The notes beneath the pieces are model-generated. The model was not told the origin of the DNA. It did not search any database and saw nothing but the letters and a program-made list of their open reading frames with translations. From an uncultured Candidatus Saccharibacteria bacterium (GTDB lineage Bacteria > Patescibacteriota > Minisyncoccia > Minisyncoccales > JAGOPM01), in assembly GCA_964596325.1 (NCBI GenBank), contig CAZQSQ010000002.1, forward strand, positions 10,820-74,819: a DNA stretch of 64,000 nt, read 5' to 3'. Positions 18,725 through 28,807 of this stretch are shown here, piece after piece. Within the stretch, counting starts at the first letter, position 1. Each line of letters begins with the position of its first letter. Made by a program: the position numbers and the translations under genes.

Positions 18725-20109
18725 AGCAAAGCCTTAAGACCGGCCAATAATTTTTTCGGCAAAAAATTCTTATGCAATTTGAATAATGCTTTTAATCGAA
18801 CTTCGGAAATCTTTTTCTTGGCCAATATTTCCTGGGCCCGTTTCAAGAGCGGCTGATTGGGCAGGGCATTTTCTCGATTATATTCCAAACTCAGTTTTAA
18901 CGCGGCCAAGGTTTCCAAACGCATCCCCACGCATTCCAAGGGCTTGCCTTTGACATACCCGCTAAGCGCTTCCAAATCCCCTCGCAAGGCGCTGTTTTCA
19001 AATAAATCGCGACCAAAAATTTCTACGGCCTTTTCTTTGCCTAAAAACGGATAAAGTATCAGATAGGCAAATAGGCACTTACTGCAATTACCGCACCAAG
19101 AAAATGTCGGTTTTTTTGTGCCCGAATAGGAGCGCTGAGCCACATTGCAGCTTAAAAATATTTTATTATACTGCCCAAGCGAAGAAAAAATTTGTGCGCA
19201 CTTTATCTCATTTAGGGGCCGGATGATACTGAAATATTCCAAGTCGCGGGAAATATTTTCCACCAAATAACGGCGAAAATCCTTTTCAAATGCCAGACTC
19301 TTGGAATACTGGTGGTTTATCTTTTTTCCTCGCCAAATCAGCGATTCTTCATTGGCACTGTTTTCATTGGCGACAACAAAGCCTTTATAGCCCCCCAAAA
19401 CCACGCATAATGCGCCCAAAAAAGCCAAATAGGCGGAAAACGGGGTATGGCCGTTCAAAAATCCCTGCTGGTTTAATTCCAAAAGCTTGGGACAAATTTT
19501 GCGTTCAATAACAATCTGGTCTTGCGCCCCGCTGATTTTAGCCATTTCCAAACTCGAAGGAATCGGGTTAAGCATCAAGACAGAAAAATCTTCCGAGGCC
19601 TTTTTGAACACCTCTATCCCCACAGCCGAATCCTTTCCCCCGCCAAGGCCAAAAAGATAATTGCGAGTCCGAAAATATTTTGACGGCACGGATTTTCCTT
19701 TGGAAAAAGAAAAATCTACAAAATTTTTCTTCGAAAAATCGACAATATTGTTCTCATAAAAATATTGCCCCATTCCCTGCAAAAGCAGTTTTTTCCAAAA
19801 GGCAGCCTGACTTCGGCTGAGCGTCCCTTTTTCGATGACAATCTTTGGACTGCAAAAGGCTTTCCAATAAGAAAATGATTCGATTAAGCCTAAGTTAAAA
19901 ACCAAAGAGTCGATAAGCGGTTTATTGGCTGCTTGTGTGGCTAAGGCCGCAAGGCCGGCAATATTTTTTATCCGCACCTGCGGAAAAAATTCATATTCCC
20001 CAGCGGCAAAAGCAAAATCAATAACAAAATCGTTGTTCTCATCCACCCGCCAAGAATAATCACGATAATGAAAGGTCTTAAATTTTTTTTGCAGCTCTTG
20101 GTATGTCAT
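18721..20109 (-). CDS. murL: MurL-like UDP-MurNAc-L-Ala-L-Glu epimerase
   Basis: SYWKA, GGGKDS, NGHTPFS, NHQYSKS, WCGNCSKC, KPLECVG; lies between mraY and murD. Confidence 0.78.
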   Translation of the reverse strand: MTYQELQKKFKTFHYRDYSWRVDENNDFVIDFAFAAGEYEFFPQVRIKNIAGLAALATQAANKPLIDSLVFNLGLIESFSYWKAFCSPKIVIEKGTLSRSQAAFWKKLLLQGMGQYFYENNIVDFSKKNFVDFSFSKGKSVPSKYFRTRNYLFGLGGGKDSAVGIEVFKKASEDFSVLMLNPIPSSLEMAKISGAQDQIVIERKICPKLLELNQQGFLNGHTPFSAYLAFLGALCVVLGGYKGFVVANENSANEESLIWRGKKINHQYSKSLAFEKDFRRYLVENISRDLEYFSIIRPLNEIKCAQIFSSLGQYNKIFLSCNVAQRSYSGTKKPTFSWCGNCSKCLFAYLILYPFLGKEKAVEIFGRDLFENSALRGDLEALSGYVKGKPLECVGMRLETLAALKLSLEYNRENALPNQPLLKRAQEILAKKKISEVRLKALFKLHKNFLPKKLLAGLKALL

Positions 20110-21173
20110 CTTAAAACAGCCAGGCGCGCGATAATGCCTAAAATGGCACAAATGACGCCAATGACCCAAAATCTCATCGTTACTTTATAGGGCGGCCATC
20201 CTTTGGCTTCATAATGCAAATGGATGGGCGCAGCCAGAAAAAACTTTTTCTTCAAAAACTTTTTGGAAAGTAATTGGATAATGACCGAAAGTGATTCCCA
20301 AACCAGCAAAAAGCCGATTAGCGGCAGATACATTACCGAGTTGGTAAAAAAGGCCACGACCGCCAAACTGGCGCACAAAGCCATGGAGCCGGTTTCCCCC
20401 ATATAAAATTTGGCCGGCGGGATATTAAACCACAAATAAGTCAAAAGCGAACCAAAAACCGCAAAGCAGAACGAGGCCAAATCATATTGATGGAACATCC
20501 AGGCAATCAAGCCGTAGGCGCCAAACATCGAAAGGAAAGAGCCGGCCGCCAAACCGTCGATACCGTCAATAACCCCGCCGCTATAAGTGGCCATCATCAC
20601 GACAATGAAAAACAAGATATAAAATATTCCGAAATTGACATCTCCGACAAAAGGAATATAAACTGTGCTCCAACCGAGCTTGTAATAGCACCACCACCCG
20701 CCGACAAAACCCATAAATGCGAACAAAAGCAAGCGATAGCGCAGGCTCAAGCCGCCGGCGATATAATCGCCTTTGCCCTTAACCTGCAGGAGGTCATCAA
20801 CCAAGCCGACAATGGCCGCCACCACAAGCGCAAAAAAAGGTATCCAAGTTTGGTCGCGAGTGAAAAAATCCAAACTGGCCAGCCCGGGAACGCCGAACTT
20901 GGCACAAATATGCAAAATAAAGGCCACAACCAAAGGTGGAAGCCAAATAAGCACACCGCCCATGCGCGGAGTTTTAATTTCGCCCTCCCCATGCAGCTTT
21001 TGGAAATTAGAAACATCCTGCCCGTCGATAGCTTTGGTGCGCACGCTCTTGCGCCAAAACTTATTTTTATAAAGAAACTCGGTCACGATCGGGACCAAGA
21101 TTTGCGCGGTTAAAAAACTGAAAGCCGCGATGGTTAAAACCTTAAAGGCTGCAATGGTGTTAATAAAAGCCAT
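20106..21173 (-). CDS. mraY: Phospho-MurNAc-pentapeptide transferase
   Basis: TPRMGG, DD, DGIDGL, MGETGS, APIHLHYE. Confidence 0.95.
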   Translation of the reverse strand: MAFINTIAAFKVLTIAAFSFLTAQILVPIVTEFLYKNKFWRKSVRTKAIDGQDVSNFQKLHGEGEIKTPRMGGVLIWLPPLVVAFILHICAKFGVPGLASLDFFTRDQTWIPFFALVVAAIVGLVDDLLQVKGKGDYIAGGLSLRYRLLLFAFMGFVGGWWCYYKLGWSTVYIPFVGDVNFGIFYILFFIVVMMATYSGGVIDGIDGLAAGSFLSMFGAYGLIAWMFHQYDLASFCFAVFGSLLTYLWFNIPPAKFYMGETGSMALCASLAVVAFFTNSVMYLPLIGFLLVWESLSVIIQLLSKKFLKKKFFLAAPIHLHYEAKGWPPYKVTMRFWVIGVICAILGIIARLAVLR

Positions 21174-22507
21174 TATTGTTTCTTAGTTTTTCTTTCTTGG
21201 ACCGTGGAGAGCCTTATATCAATGCGCTCCATATCGCGCGGGAAAAGCGAAGCATTGGCCACATTATCCAGCCCCAAAAATTGCTTAGTCACCCGCTCAA
21301 TGCCAACGGCAAACCCGCCCTCCGGCGGCATGCCATACTTGAAAGCCTCCAAATACATTTCAAAATCTTCGGGCTTATTGCCCCACTTTTTGATATTGGC
21401 CAGAAGCTCCTCGTAATCATTAATGCGTTGCCCGCCGGTTACGACTTCTAAGCCGCGGAAAAGCAAATCAAAGCCCAAAGTGTATTGAGGGTTTTCCGGA
21501 TCAGGATAAGTGTAGAACGGGCGCTTTTTGGTTGGAAAATGCGTTATGAAAATAAAATCGGAACCATATTCTTTTTTGGCCCATTCGCAAATTTTGCGCT
21601 CATCCTCAGGCGCCAAATCCGGCTCCTCGGTGGAAACGCCTAAAAGTTTTTGTGCGTCGCGCAACTTAATTTTGGGAAATGGCTTGCTTAAATCTAAATC
21701 TTGCACATTATAAAGTTTGCATGCTTCCTTATCCTCTAAAGCCTTACTCATCATGGCCTTTAAGGTGCCCTCGCACATAACCATGATATCTTCCCAAGAA
21801 TCAATAAAACCCATTTCCGCATCAAGGCTCACATACTCGCTTAAGTGCCGAGAAGTAGCGTGCGGCTCAGCGCGGTAGGCCTTAGTAACTGTCATGACGC
21901 GTTCGTATACGCCCACCAGCATCTGTTTGTGAAATTGCGGGCTTTGCGCTAAGTAAGCATCGTAATCGTAATAATCAACATGGAAAACCTCGCTGCCCCC
22001 TTCGGTCGCCACACCCACTAAGCCAGAAGCTTGGAATTCAGTAAAATCGTTTGCCTTAAGATATTCGCGGAAGCCGTCAATTAGTTTTTCTTGTACCTTA
22101 AAAATCGCTTTCAGCTCTGGCGCGCGCAAAGAAAATGGGCGGTGGTCCAAAACTACTGGCATGCTGACTTCCTTGATATTTTTTAACTCAAAAGGCAAAA
22201 CTTCAGATTTGGCTAAGACAACAACTTCACTAGCCTGCATTTCGACGCCTCCAGTAGCAGAATCCTTATTGATTAATTTTTCGGGCCGCTTAGCGATTTT
22301 GCCTTTTATCTGCAAAACCCATTGCTCTTTGATGCCCTCGGGCAGTGCCATATTTTTCAATTCGCAAACCACCTGCAAAGCGCCCGTTCTATCGCCCAAA
22401 TCCAAGAAAACCAGCTTGCCCAAATCGCGGCGGGTCAAAACCCAGCCCTGGACCAGAACTTCCTCGCCGACTTTCCCGATTGTTTCCTTGATTAATATTC
22501 GTGGCAT
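21173..22507 (-). CDS. aspS: Aspartate--tRNA(Asp/Asn) ligase, short archaeal-type
   Basis: 444 aa; TEGG, YLAQSPQ, GGQRI, YGMPPEGG, FPRD. Confidence 0.92.
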   Translation of the reverse strand: MPRILIKETIGKVGEEVLVQGWVLTRRDLGKLVFLDLGDRTGALQVVCELKNMALPEGIKEQWVLQIKGKIAKRPEKLINKDSATGGVEMQASEVVVLAKSEVLPFELKNIKEVSMPVVLDHRPFSLRAPELKAIFKVQEKLIDGFREYLKANDFTEFQASGLVGVATEGGSEVFHVDYYDYDAYLAQSPQFHKQMLVGVYERVMTVTKAYRAEPHATSRHLSEYVSLDAEMGFIDSWEDIMVMCEGTLKAMMSKALEDKEACKLYNVQDLDLSKPFPKIKLRDAQKLLGVSTEEPDLAPEDERKICEWAKKEYGSDFIFITHFPTKKRPFYTYPDPENPQYTLGFDLLFRGLEVVTGGQRINDYEELLANIKKWGNKPEDFEMYLEAFKYGMPPEGGFAVGIERVTKQFLGLDNVANASLFPRDMERIDIRLSTVQERKTKKQ

Positions 22508-22508
22508 T

Positions 22509-23519
22509 TTATTTAAGCAAATTTTTATAGTCCAATTTCATGGCTTGCTTGACCAAGTCCAAAGTTTCCTGCGCTTCAGCTCTAGCGCGCTTATTGCTGG
22601 TTGCCAAAATATCAGCAATCAGCTTATCGTTCTTTTCAAATTTTGCGCGGCGCTCGCGGATAGGATCTAAAAACTCATTAATCCTCTTGGCAATTTCTTT
22701 TTTGCATTCCACGCAGCCGATTTTGCCTTCGCGGCACTGCCGTGCCCTTTGCTCGACTAAATCTTTGGCAAAAACTTGGTAATATTTATAAATATTGCAA
22801 ATCTCAGGATCTCCCGGATCGTCCTTTTTTATTTTTTTCGGATCGGTCACGGCTTTGGAAATTTTTTCTTCCACTTCCTTGGCACTATCGGATAAATAAA
22901 TGGCATTGCCCAAAGACTTGCTCATTTTGCGTCCATCGGGGCCCAAAAGCCTTGGCGTACTACCCACGATTGGCTCCGGTTCGGTAAAAATTTCTTGGAA
23001 GTTAGAATTAAAATATCTGGCAATTTCGCGTGTTTGCTCGACATGGGGCAGCTGGTCTTCGCCCACGGGCACCACATCGGCCCGCACACATAAAATATCA
23101 GCGGCTTGGATAATGGGCCAACCAATATAGCCGAAAGTCGGGCCCTCCACGCCTTTATTTTTGATTTCATCCTTGATGGTTGGGTTGCGCACTACGCGGG
23201 ACATTTTAACCATCATGGAAAATATCAAATTAAGCTCGGCAATTTGGGGCACCTGCGACTCCACAAAAATACTGCACTTCTCCGGATCGATGCCCACAGA
23301 AAGGTAATCCAAAACCAAATCGGAAATATTTTTTTCAAAGGCAGCCGTGTTCTCGACATTATCGGTCAAATATTCATAATCAGCGATTATAAAAAAGCAG
23401 TCATAGTCGTTTTGCAGCTTGAGCCTGTTTTCCAGAGAACCAACATAGTGGCCCAAGTGAAGGCGGCCGCTGGGCCGATCACCTGTTAAGATGCGTTTTT
23501 TATTTGCGCTTTTTGGCAT
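22509..23519 (-). CDS. trpS: Tryptophan--tRNA ligase
   Basis: TGDRPSG.LHLGH, VPVGEDQ, KMSKS. Confidence 0.97.
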   Translation of the reverse strand: MPKSANKKRILTGDRPSGRLHLGHYVGSLENRLKLQNDYDCFFIIADYEYLTDNVENTAAFEKNISDLVLDYLSVGIDPEKCSIFVESQVPQIAELNLIFSMMVKMSRVVRNPTIKDEIKNKGVEGPTFGYIGWPIIQAADILCVRADVVPVGEDQLPHVEQTREIARYFNSNFQEIFTEPEPIVGSTPRLLGPDGRKMSKSLGNAIYLSDSAKEVEEKISKAVTDPKKIKKDDPGDPEICNIYKYYQVFAKDLVEQRARQCREGKIGCVECKKEIAKRINEFLDPIRERRAKFEKNDKLIADILATSNKRARAEAQETLDLVKQAMKLDYKNLLK

Positions 23520-25845
23520 GTTTTTTGGCTGATTTTTTTGCTTTGGGCTTACTCTTTACAACCTTCTTAACTTGTTTTTTAACAGGCTTTTTAGCCACTT
23601 TCTTAGGTTGAGCCTTTCTTAAAATGGGCTTTTTAACCGGTTTAACGGCCTTTGCTGCGGGCTTTGGGGCCAAGTCGGCCACTTGCGCTACCTGTTGCAC
23701 TGTAGGCCATTTTTCGATAATTAAAGCCTTAGCTTTATTCTCAATGGGCAGCTTTTGGTAAAGCGCTTCAGTCACAAACGGCATAAAGGGATGTAAAAGC
23801 GCCAAGGAGTTTTTCAAGACGTAAAGCAAAATCTTCAACGTATTTTCTTTTTCTTCTTCGCTTTTGGCATTTTTTATCTGCTCTTTGGATTTCTCAATAT
23901 AGATATCGCAGAACTGGTGCCAAAAATATTCGTAAATATCACGGATGGCCGTGCCAAAAGCAAATTTAGAAATATTTTCCGTGGTTGATTCGATAAGGGC
24001 GTCGAGCTTACTTAAAATATCTTTATCAGCTTCTGTTTTGGCGACTGGTTTTTGCTTAATATCATAAGTTTTGCCTTCCGGAATATCCATGATGGCAAAA
24101 CGGGTCGCGTTCCAAACTTTGTTGGCAAATTTTTTGCCTGCAATAATAGCATCTTCACTGAAATGGATATCTTGCAAATCAGTGGCCTGCCAAGCCAAAC
24201 CCATACGCGTGGCATCAGCCCCGTAATTTTCCACCAAACCAATCGGGTCAATACCTGTACCCAAAGACTTGCTCATGCGCTTGCCATCCTTGGTCAAAAC
24301 CGTGGCATGGATTATGACATTTTTGAAAGGTTCGCTTCCGGTAAACTCCAATCCAGAAAATATCATCCGACTCACCCATAAATTAATAATATCGCGGGCC
24401 GTGGAAAGCGTGCTGGTGGGATAAAAATCCTGCAAATCTTTGGTGCTCTCAGGCCAGCCAAAGACCGCAAACGGCCACAGGGCGGAAGAAAACCAAGTGT
24501 CAAAAACATCTTCGACTTGCTTGGGCTCGCAGTTCCCGCACTTAGGGCACTTGCTTGGCACCTCCGTCGCGCAAAAAAATTCTTGGCTTTCTTGGCACTG
24601 CCAAATGGGCATCTGGTGTCCCCACCAAAGCTGGCGCGAAATGCACCAATCTTGGATATTTTCCATCCAATTAAACATGAGCTTTTCCCAGCTCTTTGGG
24701 TGGAATTTTACCTTGCCGCTTTTAACCGAAGCTAAAGCTGCCTCTGCCAAAGGCTTCATTTTTATAAACCATTGCTCGGAGGGCAGCGGCTCAATCACGG
24801 TATGGCATCTGGCGCAATGCGGCTTTTGGTGCACATGATCTTCAATCTTCACGAGTAAATCGAGCTGCTTTAGATCTTCCACAATAATCTCTCGCGCTTG
24901 GGCGGCTTTAAGACCTTGGTATTTGGGCGGAACATTTTTATTCAAACGGCCAAACTGGTCCATTATCTCAATCATCTCCAACTTATGGCGCACACCCATT
25001 TGATAATCAGTGAAATCGTGGAAAGGCGTGACCTTAACCATGCCTGTCCCAAATTCTTTGTCCACAGAATCATCAGCAATCACGGGCAATTCTTTATTAA
25101 CCAAAGGCAAAATAACAGTCTTGCCAATTAAATGCTTATAGCGGGCGTCACCGGGATTAACGGCCACGGCCGTGTCCCCTAACATGGTTTCCGGCCTGGT
25201 AGTGGCCACAATAACAAACTCCTTACCGTCTTTGGTAATCGGATATTTAATATGCCAAAGTTTTCCCTTTTCCTCTTCGCTTTCCACTTCCAAATCCGAA
25301 AGAGAAGTTTGGCAGCGAGTGCACCAATTAATAACGCGCTTGCCCCGATAAACCAAACCTTTGTTGTAATAGGCCGCAAAAGCCGCCTGCACAGCCTTGA
25401 CGTAGCCCTCATCCATGGTAAAGCGGGTGCGGCTCCAGTCGCAGGAAGCGCCCATGCGCCTAATTTGGTTCAAAATTATATCGCCGTATTTATTTTTCCA
25501 CTCCCAAACTTTCTTAACGAATTCTTCGCGACCAATTTGGTGGCGAGTGATATTTTGTTTGCGCAATTCCTTTTCAACGACATTTTGGGTCGCAATGCCA
25601 GCATGATCAATGCCCGGAACCCAAACTGTCCGGTATCCCTGCATGCGTTTGCTGCGAATGAGGACATCTTGAATAACCAAATTGAGGGCATGTCCCATAT
25701 GCAAATTACCCGTGACATTAGGCGGTGGTAAGGTGATGCTATATGTTTTTTTCCCAGTATCCGAAGGCTGGAAGAACTTTGAGCTCTCCCAAAAATTATA
25801 AATTTCCCCCTCGTTTTTCTTGGGGTCGTATTGCGGATCTATCAT
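23500..25845 (-). CDS. valS: Valine--tRNA ligase with Lys-rich C-terminal tail
   Basis: PPPNVTG.LHMGH, DWCISRQLWWGH, DTWFSS, RMSKS. Confidence 0.97.
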   Translation of the reverse strand: MIDPQYDPKKNEGEIYNFWESSKFFQPSDTGKKTYSITLPPPNVTGNLHMGHALNLVIQDVLIRSKRMQGYRTVWVPGIDHAGIATQNVVEKELRKQNITRHQIGREEFVKKVWEWKNKYGDIILNQIRRMGASCDWSRTRFTMDEGYVKAVQAAFAAYYNKGLVYRGKRVINWCTRCQTSLSDLEVESEEEKGKLWHIKYPITKDGKEFVIVATTRPETMLGDTAVAVNPGDARYKHLIGKTVILPLVNKELPVIADDSVDKEFGTGMVKVTPFHDFTDYQMGVRHKLEMIEIMDQFGRLNKNVPPKYQGLKAAQAREIIVEDLKQLDLLVKIEDHVHQKPHCARCHTVIEPLPSEQWFIKMKPLAEAALASVKSGKVKFHPKSWEKLMFNWMENIQDWCISRQLWWGHQMPIWQCQESQEFFCATEVPSKCPKCGNCEPKQVEDVFDTWFSSALWPFAVFGWPESTKDLQDFYPTSTLSTARDIINLWVSRMIFSGLEFTGSEPFKNVIIHATVLTKDGKRMSKSLGTGIDPIGLVENYGADATRMGLAWQATDLQDIHFSEDAIIAGKKFANKVWNATRFAIMDIPEGKTYDIKQKPVAKTEADKDILSKLDALIESTTENISKFAFGTAIRDIYEYFWHQFCDIYIEKSKEQIKNAKSEEEKENTLKILLYVLKNSLALLHPFMPFVTEALYQKLPIENKAKALIIEKWPTVQQVAQVADLAPKPAAKAVKPVKKPILRKAQPKKVAKKPVKKQVKKVVKSKPKAKKSAKKHAKKRK

Positions 25846-25949
25846 ATCGAATTGTCAGATATACCATAGCACTTTTAGCTAAATATTTCAAAGGCTTTTA
25901 TGGCTGTGGAGAATGTGAAAAAGCCAATAACCGCGACAAGTTTCTTCTA

Positions 25950-25978
25950 TTGATTTTTACATAAAAATATGCTATAAT
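25950..25978 (+). promoter_or_regulatory. sigma70 promoter (extended -10)
   Basis: TTGATT-17-TATAAT with TGn. Confidence 0.65.
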
Positions 25979-26016
25979 ATAAGTATATTGTACTATAAAA
26001 ATTTTGGAGGACTAGA

Positions 26017-26463
26017 ATGAATGAAAGTGTAGGTACTGCGAATATGTTGGACAGGCTCGGGAAGGCCATAAATGATTTTCGTTGCACAAAGGAAAAGTTG
26101 CCCTCGAAACTTGAAGAGTATCATGATGGTGGAGACGATTCGGAATACTTTGAAGACGGTTATGTCTTAGGGAGGGTGGCAATTTTTGAACGCGAGAACT
26201 TCTTGGCTCTCGACGTCCAAATGAGGCATCGATGCGGCGAAGACACACTCTGGGCGTATTGTATGCTCTTGCGCCAATGTTCGTTTACGCATATTGGTCA
26301 AGTTGGTTCCGGCATTCATCGCTTCGTACCGACAAAGTTCCAGGATAGGCCAGCCGCTTTTCAAAAACAATATCTTGGCTGGACGGCTATGGATATTCAA
26401 GCACAATTTCTGGCATGCCAATTTTTCGACGATACATATACATTTGATTTGAATAGATACTAG
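26017..26463 (+). CDS. Hypothetical protein (orphan)
   Basis: Own promoter, GGAGG SD and downstream terminator. Confidence 0.65.
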   Translation: MNESVGTANMLDRLGKAINDFRCTKEKLPSKLEEYHDGGDDSEYFEDGYVLGRVAIFERENFLALDVQMRHRCGEDTLWAYCMLLRQCSFTHIGQVGSGIHRFVPTKFQDRPAAFQKQYLGWTAMDIQAQFLACQFFDDTYTFDLNRY

Positions 26464-26475
26464 CTACATAACAAA

Positions 26476-26504
26476 TCCCGCTCGATGAGCGGGACCTTTT
26501 TTTT
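26476..26504 (+). terminator. Intrinsic terminator
   Basis: TCCCGCTC/GAGCGGGA plus T8. Confidence 0.75.
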
Positions 26505-26532
26505 CGACATTGGACTTTTAATATTGGCCTCC

Positions 26533-27510
26533 TTACTTATCCCACTTGAAACCATTGCCAAAGTGCCCATACATGGCAGTCTGCCTGAATTGGGGCTTGC
26601 GTAAATTCAAAAATTTAATGATTCCAGCCGGAGTCAGATCGTATCCCTTAATGTGGGAGATAAAATTAATTTTGCCCTTTTTGTGAACCTCGGCACAAGC
26701 CATGACTGGCTCGGCTACGCCAATCGCATAAGCCAAGCGCACAAACACCTGCTCGGCTTTTTCTTTTTTAAGCAGATCCACGGCAATTTTGCGCGCCATA
26801 TAGGCCGCCGACCTGTCCACTTTAGTATTATCCTTGCCCGAAAAGCACCCGCCGCCAATGGAAACATTGGGACCGTAATTATCCACAATCAATTTGCGCC
26901 CGGTGAGCCCGGTATCAGCGGCAAATCCGCCGATTGTCCATTCGCCGGCCGGGTTTTTAAGCCAACGGGTATCACCCTCTTTAATCCCCCACTTTTTCAA
27001 AAGCTTCAGCAATTCCGCTGGGTAATCCCCGCAAACACTGGTGACAACTTTGGTAATTTTGCCGTCTTCGACGGTTACTTGGCTTTTGCCGTCGCGCGGC
27101 CCCATGGCTTTGCTGAGCTGGCGGGAAAGCATAACCTCCAACGGCATCATTTCTTTGGTTTCATTGCACGCATAACCAACCATTATACCCTGATCCCCGG
27201 CCCCTCCCACATCGACCCCGGCCTTAATTTGGGGCGATTGCTGCACAATATGGACAGTTATACTGACTGCGTCTTCATTGCCACATGATTTATAAACGTC
27301 CTTGGCAATTTGTTCAAAATCGATTTTGGCATGGCTCGTAATTTCTCCCACAATGAAAATTTTGTTATGCCCGCCCATGGTTTCCACCGCCACCCTTGAG
27401 TAAGGGTCCTGGCGCAACGCTTCGTCTAAAATAGCATCGCTGATTTGATCGCAAATTTTGTCAGGATGCCCAATAGCAACACTTTCCGCTGTTTTGATTA
27501 TATGTTTCAT
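26533..27510 (-). CDS. metK: S-adenosylmethionine synthetase (compact)
   Basis: ESV..GHPDK.CDQISD, GAGDQG, GLTGRK, GGGCFSGKD.TKVDRS. Confidence 0.96.
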   Translation of the reverse strand: MKHIIKTAESVAIGHPDKICDQISDAILDEALRQDPYSRVAVETMGGHNKIFIVGEITSHAKIDFEQIAKDVYKSCGNEDAVSITVHIVQQSPQIKAGVDVGGAGDQGIMVGYACNETKEMMPLEVMLSRQLSKAMGPRDGKSQVTVEDGKITKVVTSVCGDYPAELLKLLKKWGIKEGDTRWLKNPAGEWTIGGFAADTGLTGRKLIVDNYGPNVSIGGGCFSGKDNTKVDRSAAYMARKIAVDLLKKEKAEQVFVRLAYAIGVAEPVMACAEVHKKGKINFISHIKGYDLTPAGIIKFLNLRKPQFRQTAMYGHFGNGFKWDK

Positions 27511-27525
27511 AATGATTTTTTATTG

Positions 27526-27554
27526 AAAAAACGCCTGCAGGAAAAGAAAGCGTT
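27526..27554 (-). terminator. Riboswitch-controlled terminator
   Basis: AACGCTT...AGGCGTT followed by a U tract on the minus strand, between aptamer and metK. Confidence 0.55.
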
Positions 27555-27560
27555 GTAACG

Positions 27561-27679
27561 ATTATCTTTCCCCTGGGGGTTTTAGATTTGGCACCTTCTG
27601 CGCTGGCAGGGTTGCCGGGTGGTCATCGGGCTAAATCCCGCGTTCGCCCATTGGCGAAACTCGCACCGCTCTTGATAAT
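27561..27679 (-). ncRNA. SAM-I (S-box) riboswitch
   Basis: Minus strand ATTATCAAGAG...GCCCGATGA...GGCAACC...GGTGCCAA...GAAAGATAAT upstream of metK. Confidence 0.9.
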
Positions 27680-27779
27680 TTATTTGGTTGTTAATTAATT
27701 ATAAATATCCAAAAGATTTTGGCAAATCCTTCTCATTGCCAATAAAGATAATTTATGGTACAATATAAATAACAGAAAT

Positions 27780-28748
27780 ATGCTGATTGATGATGTCAAA
27801 ATAACCGTATATGCCGGCAAAGGCGGCGCCGGCGAAGTCGCATGGTCCAGAATTAAACTCCAAAAGGGCCCGATGGGTGGAGATGGCGGCAAAGGAGGCA
27901 GCGTTTACGCTGTCGGTGTTTCTAATTTGGGAGCCCTCAACCAATTCCGCTATATCAAAGATATCAAAGCCGAAAACGGCAAAGCCGGCGAAGGTTATTT
28001 GCGCCGGGGCCAAACCGGCAGCGACAAATTCATCAATGTACCGGTGGGAACGGTCATCCATTTTTTAGATAAAGATCAAAAAATAGAAATCACTAAAATC
28101 GGCGAAAAAGAACTTTTAGCCAAGGGTGGCAATGGCGGCTGGGGCAATTATCGCTTCCAATCCTCGACTAACCGCTCACCCAAAAATGCCAATCCGGGCC
28201 TGCCTGGCGAAACCGTTAAATTGCGCCTCGAGTTAAAAATGATGGCCGATATCGGTTTAATCGGCTTGCCCAATGCTGGCAAATCCAGTTTGATAAACGA
28301 AATTACCAATGCCCAGAGCCGGGTGGCCAATTATCCTTTTACCACCCTTGAGCCTCACTTGGGAGTTTTCCAAGATTTGGTCATTGCCGACATTCCCGGA
28401 ATTATCGAAGGCGCGGCCAGCGGCAAAGGCTTGGGAATCAAGTTTTTGCGCCATGTGGAGAGAACCAAAACCCTTTTCCACCTGATTTCTGCCGAATCAA
28501 GCACCCCGATTAAAGATTACAAGGCTATTCGCAAAGAATTGGGCAAGTACAATAAAGCGCTATTGGAAAAAGACGAATACATTTTTATAACCAAGAGCGA
28601 TGCCACTAATCCCAAAGATGTGGCGAGAAAATTGGCCAAGCTCAAAAAAATGAATCCGGGCGCCATTGCCATTTCTATTTACGACTACGACAGCATTCAA
28701 AACGTCAGCCGCATTCTGGAAAAACTTAACAGCGAAAAGCAAGCCTAA
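27780..28748 (+). CDS. obgE: GTPase ObgE
   Basis: Gly-rich Obg domain, GLPNAGKS, YPFTT, DIPG. Confidence 0.96.
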   Translation: MLIDDVKITVYAGKGGAGEVAWSRIKLQKGPMGGDGGKGGSVYAVGVSNLGALNQFRYIKDIKAENGKAGEGYLRRGQTGSDKFINVPVGTVIHFLDKDQKIEITKIGEKELLAKGGNGGWGNYRFQSSTNRSPKNANPGLPGETVKLRLELKMMADIGLIGLPNAGKSSLINEITNAQSRVANYPFTTLEPHLGVFQDLVIADIPGIIEGAASGKGLGIKFLRHVERTKTLFHLISAESSTPIKDYKAIRKELGKYNKALLEKDEYIFITKSDATNPKDVARKLAKLKKMNPGAIAISIYDYDSIQNVSRILEKLNSEKQA

Positions 28749-28772
28749 AACTTTCCAGTATTTTAGACAAAC

Positions 28773-28799
28773 AAAAAATCCCCTCACGGGGATTTTTTT
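28773..28799. terminator. Bidirectional terminator
   Basis: AAAAAATCCCC/GGGGATTTTTT. Confidence 0.8.
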
Positions 28800-28807
28800 A
28801 TAAACAA

